Shown: positions 58,716-64,000 of the stretch, one piece after another
How the letters are laid out: each line of letters starts with the position of its first letter
Position numbering within the stretch: the stretch's first letter is position 1
Assembly: GCA_964600985.1 (NCBI GenBank)
Contig: CAZRJR010000002.1
Location: 104,867-168,866, forward strand
Reading direction: 5' to 3'
Length of the DNA: 64,000 bases
Origin: an uncultured Candidatus Saccharibacteria bacterium
Lineage (GTDB): Bacteria > Patescibacteriota > Saccharimonadia > CAILAD01 > JADZBC01
Notes under the pieces: generated by a model
Database searches by the model: none
What the model saw: the letters and a program-made list of their open reading frames with translations, nothing else
What the model was told of the DNA's origin: nothing
Translations under genes and position numbers: made by a program

Positions 58716-58956
58716 ATTCTGCGGGACCGGTCCAATGCCGTAATCCCGCTACTTGCTGATGGTTCGGATTAGTATCCGTACGAGCCGACCTATAGCAAAG
58801 CCGACTCGCCACGACCAACTTGTCATGTATGGCCCGGCTGCAAGCCGGTCAGTCGCTCGCCACTCATGGAGAAGATGCGTCGGAGGATGCACGAGGCAAA
58901 CTCTGTCACGATTACTCCCAGCAGAGCTTTGACCAGCGTTTCGATCAGCGCGTGGA

Positions 58957-59190
58957 TCATCGTGCTGCCCGCTTCAAGAAGAGCCCGTGGGCAATCCTAC
59001 GACTAACACCCACAGTGCCTACGGCAGCCAGAGCGCTGTAGAGAGCAGTCCTTTCAGCATCCGATCGGCTGATCTTGTTCTTGTGCCCAAAGGGATCGTA
59101 GCCCCTTGCTTCATAAGAGAACTCGATCACCACCAAGGTGGCTAGGGCCGCAACTGCGGCTTTGCCAACCAACTTGAACACCTTCTTCAT
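58957..59190 (-). CDS. Small protein with an N-terminal hydrophobic segment, in a high-GC patch
   Basis: The product is MKKVFKLVGKAAVAALATLVVI... and AAGGGGAAA lies upstream. Confidence 0.3.
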   Translation of the reverse strand: MKKVFKLVGKAAVAALATLVVIEFSYEARGYDPFGHKNKISRSDAERTALYSALAAVGTVGVSRRIAHGLFLKRAAR

Positions 59191-59400
59191 AGTTTCCCCT
59201 TAAGGACAGTGTAATACGGATTTCGCACCCACACATGAGCAGATTATTGAATAGCTGCATGCATTTTGCAAGCGTAAGGGTGTAAAAAGTGCTGGTACGC
59301 CATCTGTCTGAGATTTGGAACTTATCACCTAAACTCACAATAATATAATTATGAACTTGGGTGATGCTGGAATGACGCTCCAGCAGACGGCCCATGCGGG

Positions 59401-59712
59401 CTAGTGGTCTTTGCCACATTCGTAGCGGATGATGGTGATCAGCTTGTATGTGGACATCCCAAGCAGGTTCCGGAGCCACTGGAGCCTGTAGGGCACCTTC
59501 TCGAGCTTTGCCTTGCCCGTAGGGCCTGGGCAACCGCTCGCCTGAGAACGGAATGGTGCTTCGGTTTGTGCCCAAGCACGATCTCTCTCGTGGGGCTCTG
59601 CGAACTCGGTCTCGCGCCAGATCTTGTTGCTTGCTGCACGGATGTGAGGGCAAGACTGGAGGCACTGACCCTCGGTTGACGAGATGCAGACAGGCTGGCT
59701 GGTGTCGGCCAA
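59401..59712 (-). CDS. Small Cys-containing protein in a high-GC patch
   Basis: AAGGAG-N7-ATG. It encodes 103 aa with 5 Cys. Confidence 0.3.
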   Translation of the reverse strand: MADTSQPVCISSTEGQCLQSCPHIRAASNKIWRETEFAEPHERDRAWAQTEAPFRSQASGCPGPTGKAKLEKVPYRLQWLRNLLGMSTYKLITIIRYECGKDH

Positions 59713-59871
59713 TGGATTCTCCTTCTACTCGGTGGTTATGCCACCATTGGCTAGTCTTCGGAACTTACATATAATACCACTAAAACTTTACAAAAGCAAT
59801 AGAAAGTGATAGTATACACCCACCTTGAAGCCACCCATCTATCCTTAGCCTCACGGCGGGAAGGACATGCA

Positions 59872-60654
59872 ATGAAGAAGCACGCGTTTATCAGTTCGCT
59901 GGACTCCTTCATCGCGAGCGGTCAGCTCACGATGAAGGGCCAGCAGCCTCTCGCCGCTCACTACATCAACTACTTCCGCAAGACGGACATCGCCGCCGAC
60001 CGGAAGTACGACTTCTGGGACATGGAGGCCTACCTGCCGCAGCTGATGCTCGACGGGTTCATGGATCTCCTCAGCTCGGAGGACCACGCCACTGCGCACA
60101 TCCGTGAGCTGCTCGAGATGCAGACCGGCCTCGTGCTCGGAGATCCCTCCAGGATCGGGGCCATCCCGTCAACGGACCAGGTCCTCTGGGTCCAGTCCAT
60201 CGACGGGATGCTGCGAGGAGTAGGCGTCCACGAAGCCACCTGCAGCAAGGTGGAGATGCTCTTCATGGCCGAAGTCCGGATGGTCGAGCTGGCCTTCCGT
60301 AGGTTCGTCCAAGACGTCTTCTCCTCCGGCCTCTTCGAGGTCATCAACGGGGGGATCACGTCGGGCATGAGCGGGACCTTTCAGGACCGGGGGGACACGC
60401 CCACAACCCTGCGGACCTTCGTGACGGCGGGCCGGCTCATGTTCACCTTCGCCTGCGGTGTGGGCAGCCACGAGGAGTCGATCACCTTCGTCGGTACCGA
60501 GGACGATCCGCTCCTTCTCGGGGCAGGTCTGCAGTCGGTCCAGACCGATCTCGCGACGGCGCTGAAGATGATCGATACGGTCAGCACCTGCTGGCCGACG
60601 GACCCCGAGGCGCAGGCCGCGTGCTTCACCCCTGGCGGTGTCGCTGTCGGCTGA
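59872..60654 (+). CDS. Hypothetical protein encoded by a high-GC (about 62%) gene
   Basis: The product is MKKHAFISSLDSF... and GGGAAGGA lies upstream. Codon usage has high GC3, unlike the backbone. No family was recognised. Confidence 0.5.
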   Translation: MKKHAFISSLDSFIASGQLTMKGQQPLAAHYINYFRKTDIAADRKYDFWDMEAYLPQLMLDGFMDLLSSEDHATAHIRELLEMQTGLVLGDPSRIGAIPSTDQVLWVQSIDGMLRGVGVHEATCSKVEMLFMAEVRMVELAFRRFVQDVFSSGLFEVINGGITSGMSGTFQDRGDTPTTLRTFVTAGRLMFTFACGVGSHEESITFVGTEDDPLLLGAGLQSVQTDLATALKMIDTVSTCWPTDPEAQAACFTPGGVAVG

Positions 60655-60838
60655 CGGTTCATGGCATGCAAGAGGAGGGGTGTCTCTGGAGCCAAGAGGC
60701 TCACACCCCAAGCGCGGTTTGCACAGAAATGTGCAGGCCGCCTTTTCATTTGTGCCTATAACATCCGATGGTTCTATATAACATGTGGTCCCGGCAATAA
60801 TTCATAAAGCCAACAGATTGGAAACTGTGGATAAGTGC

Positions 60839-60914
60839 TGGTACCCTGGGAGGGAATCGAACCCCCGACGCTCTCCTTAGGACGGAGACGCTCTATCCAC
60901 TGAGCTACCAGGGC
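60839..60914 (-). tRNA. tRNA-Arg (anticodon CCT), with CCA encoded
   Basis: The minus-strand sequence is GCCCTGG TA GCTC AGTGGATA GAGC G TCTCC GTCCTAA GGAGA GCGTC GGGGG TTCGATT CCCTC CCAGGGT A CCA. The cloverleaf is folded by eye, with a G1-U72 wobble. Confidence 0.75.
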
Positions 60915-60976
60915 GTGTAAGATTAACACCGAGCACTTATTATAGCACTTCGTGCAGACCAAAGACCTAGAGGGGC

Positions 60977-61005
60977 TTGACAAAGAAGCGTAAGCGTTGT
61001 ATTCT
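60977..61005 (+). promoter_or_regulatory. Sigma-70-like promoter for the zinc-ribbon gene
   Basis: TTGACA-17 nt-TATTCT. Confidence 0.4.
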
Positions 61006-61055
61006 GAGGGCGTCCGCATGTACATCTATATCGCAAGATCGAAAGGATAGGAGCT

Positions 61056-61610
61056 ATGCAGTGTCCAAGCTGTGATGCTTCGATTCTAGAGGTCGAAGCA
61101 TTGAATCGGTGTCCAGTCTGTGGTTATCAGTTGGGCGATCCAGATGTGGTGTTCCCGCCCTACTTGGGCGATGGGCAGGTCGGCGAGCCGCCCGACGAGG
61201 ATGACATCTACTTGGAGGAGGTTCCATCGCCCGAGGAGCTCGTAGAGGCTTCGGACCGACACCCGGCCAAGGGCAAGAGTACCAAGGCCAAGAAGCCGCT
61301 CAAGCCTCCGAACTTCTTCCAGTTCCGAGTTCATACGGGTGGCAAGGAAGGCTCCTACTGGGTGCGCAGCAGTGCCAAAACGCCGGCTAGGGATGCCCTT
61401 AGGCCTTGGCTGAAGGGCCAGGGGGTGGTTCTAACCGACCAACTGGGGCACCCAATCAGCAGAATTGCTGACAGCTTGGAGCGGGGCAAAGCCTACCGAA
61501 AGGCAATGCCACTGACCGGCGGTCCACTCGAGGTCATTCCTCAGGGCGCCAGGGGGTACTTGGATGCCTATGGTGATCATCGTGACGATCCCGTGTGGGT
61601 ACAGCTGTAG
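61056..61610 (+). CDS. Hypothetical protein with an N-terminal zinc ribbon, encoded by a high-GC gene
   Basis: It has CPSC...CPVCGYQ and a basic middle region. An AGGAG SD is present. Confidence 0.5.
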   Translation: MQCPSCDASILEVEALNRCPVCGYQLGDPDVVFPPYLGDGQVGEPPDEDDIYLEEVPSPEELVEASDRHPAKGKSTKAKKPLKPPNFFQFRVHTGGKEGSYWVRSSAKTPARDALRPWLKGQGVVLTDQLGHPISRIADSLERGKAYRKAMPLTGGPLEVIPQGARGYLDAYGDHRDDPVWVQL

Positions 61611-61750
61611 CGGACACAAGGGCTGCGTAAGCGCCCTGCCCAGTTTTCTCAGCGCTGAGAAGGCTGGGTTGTCTGTATTATATTATAATGCAAGTCGTAG
61701 TTAAGTAATCTGCAATTATCTGGCATAATCCAAGCATAAGCTGCTACAAT

Positions 61751-62320
61751 GTGGCTATCATGGCGAACGCTAACAAACCAGTTAAACGTGACCTCTCGCA
61801 CAATCGACAATTCCCAGGCCAGCACGACAACGAAAAGGTGCTGGCAGTGGTGCGCCAGTTCATAGTCGCTTTGCGTCACCAAATAGTTATAGGGGGAGTG
61901 GTGATAGTGCTGGTTATGCTACCTTGGTCGCTGGCCAATAACTATGCTACTAGCTTGGTGGGGCCCACTACGAACTTCATGCTAATCGGCTTTGTAGCGT
62001 TCGCGCTCTACGCCATTTGGCACTGGGCCAGCTGGTACTATAGTGTGTTCATTCTTACCTCGAGCCGGCTGATTGTAATTAAGCAGCGCGGGTTCTTTAA
62101 CCGCTCTGTATCCGAGCTTGCGCTCAACAACATCCAGAGTGTTAACTACCAAATTAGTGGTTTTAACGCCTCGGTGTTTGGTTATGGCGATGTGCTGGTA
62201 CAGACGCTATCTGGTGCTGGGGATTTAAACCTTAACTTCGTGCATCGACCGGCGGTATTTCAGCAGCAAATCCTGGCAGCCGTACACAAGCATGGTTCGA
62301 CACCGCCCCCGGCTTCGTGA
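61751..62320 (+). CDS. Membrane protein with a bacterial PH (YdbT/DUF304-like) domain
   Basis: It has two TM helices and a C-terminal bPH-like fold with SSRLIVIKQRGFFNRSV. Confidence 0.5.
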   Translation: MAIMANANKPVKRDLSHNRQFPGQHDNEKVLAVVRQFIVALRHQIVIGGVVIVLVMLPWSLANNYATSLVGPTTNFMLIGFVAFALYAIWHWASWYYSVFILTSSRLIVIKQRGFFNRSVSELALNNIQSVNYQISGFNASVFGYGDVLVQTLSGAGDLNLNFVHRPAVFQQQILAAVHKHGSTPPPAS

Positions 62321-62371
62321 TAGTATGGTAGGTAAATAATAGGAACTAATACAAGGGTAGAACACACGATT

Positions 62372-63484
62372 ATGGCACAAGATCCAGACATTAAAGACAC
62401 TAAGAAATCGACTAAGGAGACCAAGCCGTCTAAACTCAAACAGTCGAGCGGCAAGCAAGCCAAGCCTGCCAAAGCCTCTAAAGTAGAAGCCAAGAAGAAT
62501 GATGCCGCAGCTAAGCCAGCTTCGGCTGACTCTAAGCAACCAAGCTTTCAGGAGCGCCTTAATAAACTTGGAGTAAAGAACGGCCCGAGCAAGAAGACCA
62601 CGGGTGCTGTAGTGGCTGGCGTAGTGGCGGTAGTGTTGGCTTCGACTATTTTATTCGGTGTGCTTATATACAAATACAAGCAGACTAATCGTGCGGTTCG
62701 GATTGTAGCCAGCGTAGTGCCATACCCAGTTTCGAGCGTAAACGGCAACATTATATGGAACACGACCAGCTACAAAGACTACTTGTTTGAGCTTGCTAGT
62801 GTACAGAAGTTCTATACCTCACAGGGGCAAGACTTAACGAGCGCTGATGGCAAAAAGAAGCTTGCTCAACTCAAGCAAGACCTTATTAAGCAGCAAGAGG
62901 ACAACCTGCTCGTAGAGCAGTCGGCCAAGAAGTACAAGGTGGTGGTTACCAACAAGGAAGTCGATAGTGAGTTTAACGACTTGGTTAAGAATGCCGGCGG
63001 CATTGACAAGGTTAAATCTACCCTGACTAAGCTGTATGGTTGGACGGTAGCGGACTTCCGCGACAAGGTGCGCCAGAGCTTGCTCCAAAAGAAGCTAGGC
63101 GAGAAGATAGCTGCCGACCCAAGTATTAATGGTGGCGCTCAAAAGCAAGCCGAGGACGTGCTCAAGCAGATTAAAGAAGGTGGTGACTTTGCCGAGCTAG
63201 CCAAAAAGTACTCACAAGATGGTAGTGCGTCTAATGGTGGTGACCTAGGCTTCTTTGGTAAGGGTCAAATGGTCCCAGAGTTCGAAAAAGCTGCTTTTGC
63301 GCTCGAAGTAGGTCAGGTAAGTGGCATTGTAAAAACCCAGTACGGCTATCACATTATTAAAGTGACCGACAAGAAGGATGATCAAGTAAAGGCCTCTCAT
63401 ATACTCCTCAAAGGCACCGACCTAGAGAGCTGGCTGAAGGCCCAGCGTGCTAAAGCCAAGATTAAGCAGTACTTTAGGCCATAA
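62372..63484 (+). CDS. prsA: PpiC-type peptidyl-prolyl isomerase (PrsA/SurA-like foldase), membrane anchored
   Basis: It has a K-rich N-terminus, a TM helix and the parvulin domain FFGKGQMVPEFEKAAF...GYHIIKV. Confidence 0.8.
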   Translation: MAQDPDIKDTKKSTKETKPSKLKQSSGKQAKPAKASKVEAKKNDAAAKPASADSKQPSFQERLNKLGVKNGPSKKTTGAVVAGVVAVVLASTILFGVLIYKYKQTNRAVRIVASVVPYPVSSVNGNIIWNTTSYKDYLFELASVQKFYTSQGQDLTSADGKKKLAQLKQDLIKQQEDNLLVEQSAKKYKVVVTNKEVDSEFNDLVKNAGGIDKVKSTLTKLYGWTVADFRDKVRQSLLQKKLGEKIAADPSINGGAQKQAEDVLKQIKEGGDFAELAKKYSQDGSASNGGDLGFFGKGQMVPEFEKAAFALEVGQVSGIVKTQYGYHIIKVTDKKDDQVKASHILLKGTDLESWLKAQRAKAKIKQYFRP

Positions 63485-63503
63485 ACAGGCTTTACTACAT
63501 TGG

Positions 63504-63535
63504 CAAAATCCCCGTGTAAAGCGGGGATTTTCGTT
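63504..63535 (+). terminator. Intrinsic terminator after the prsA-like gene
   Basis: AAATCCCCG tgtaaag CGGGGATTT TCGTT. Confidence 0.65.
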
Positions 63536-63660
63536 AGTCAATAACGTTTAGTTTTGGTGTGTACATTTAGACTTAAATGGGTGCGCCGCTTCACCCGAGT
63601 GAGAGGAGGTTATCCTTTCTGTATGGGCGAAACGGCGTGGTGGGTGGTGCTGGTGGTTGG

Positions 63661-63924
63661 CTAGGAGTGGGACTGCTGCGTCGAGCGCTCCTTGATGTGC
63701 CTCTTGACGTACGGATACTCGAGAGCGATGGGGAACGACTTGCGTTCCTCCGGCCGCTCCTTGTTGCGCGTGGGCGCCTGCTTCTTTGGCCTGGTAATCC
63801 ACATCCCGAAGATCAGGACGAAGATGGCGGCCCCAACGCACAACCCCGACTTGATGAGTGTTACGACGTTCATCTGGATCGGCTGCACTTGCTGCTGCGC
63901 TAGCACCATGTAAAAAACGCTCAA
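63661..63924 (-). CDS. Small single-TM protein with a basic tail, in a high-GC patch
   Basis: TM LCVGAAIFVLIFGMWI is followed by TRPKKQAPTRNKERPEERK. Its architecture resembles the 12919-13149 protein. Confidence 0.3.
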   Translation of the reverse strand: MSVFYMVLAQQQVQPIQMNVVTLIKSGLCVGAAIFVLIFGMWITRPKKQAPTRNKERPEERKSFPIALEYPYVKRHIKERSTQQSHS

Positions 63925-64000
63925 ACTACCCCCTTAGAACAGTGTTGTGAGCGAAGCCAAATGATAACACTTTTACTTGTAATTATCAATAACATTCATG

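Noticed and set aside
60774-61025. 83-aa minus-strand ORF
   Set aside because: It overlaps the tRNA-Arg gene and the promoter region of the next gene, so it is spurious.
63577-63903. 108-aa plus-strand ORF in the terminal high-GC patch
   Set aside because: It is the antisense of the more plausible TM-containing minus-strand ORF. High GC inflates ORF length.
1-64000. CRISPR arrays, IS elements or transposases, rRNA genes
   Set aside because: I saw no regularly spaced direct repeats, no DDE/transposase-like ORFs and no rRNA-like conserved blocks. The only recombinase is a chromosomal-type XerC/D.

Overview
This 64-kb window is a gene-dense stretch of housekeeping genes on a backbone of roughly 48-50% GC. 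Most genes are on the + strand. By inference it comes from a reduced-genome bacterium, possibly CPR/Saccharibacteria-like: it has a secretin-less type IV pilus locus, many small membrane proteins, proline/alanine-rich surface proteins and almost no biosynthetic genes. The high-confidence genes are dnaG-rpoD, polA, mutM, holA, rpsT, truB-rpsO-pnp, a family-4 UDG, RNase J, an MsbA-like ABC exporter, ftsK, a RodZ-like protein, yajQ, recA-recX, rpsF-ssb-rpsR, efp, ychF, xerC/D, mnmG(gidA) and ndk. A complete 12-kb type IV pilus locus (pilM-N-O, pilB, pilT, pilC, two pilins, pilD, four minor pilins) sits directly behind a 1076-aa surface protein. One tRNA-Arg(CCT) is present. There are no rRNA genes, CRISPR arrays or transposases. 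Three observations stand out. (i) At least eight genes carry a TATAAT/TATACT hexamer exactly 6 nt upstream of the ATG with no SD, which is the signature of leaderless mRNA. (ii) Several short high-GC patches (about 58-63% GC) interrupt the backbone; they carry small membrane, Cys-rich or zinc-ribbon ORFs and U-tract-less hairpins, and the largest surrounds the tRNA-Arg. (iii) Two ORF-poor regions look like unassigned structured RNA or other non-coding elements.
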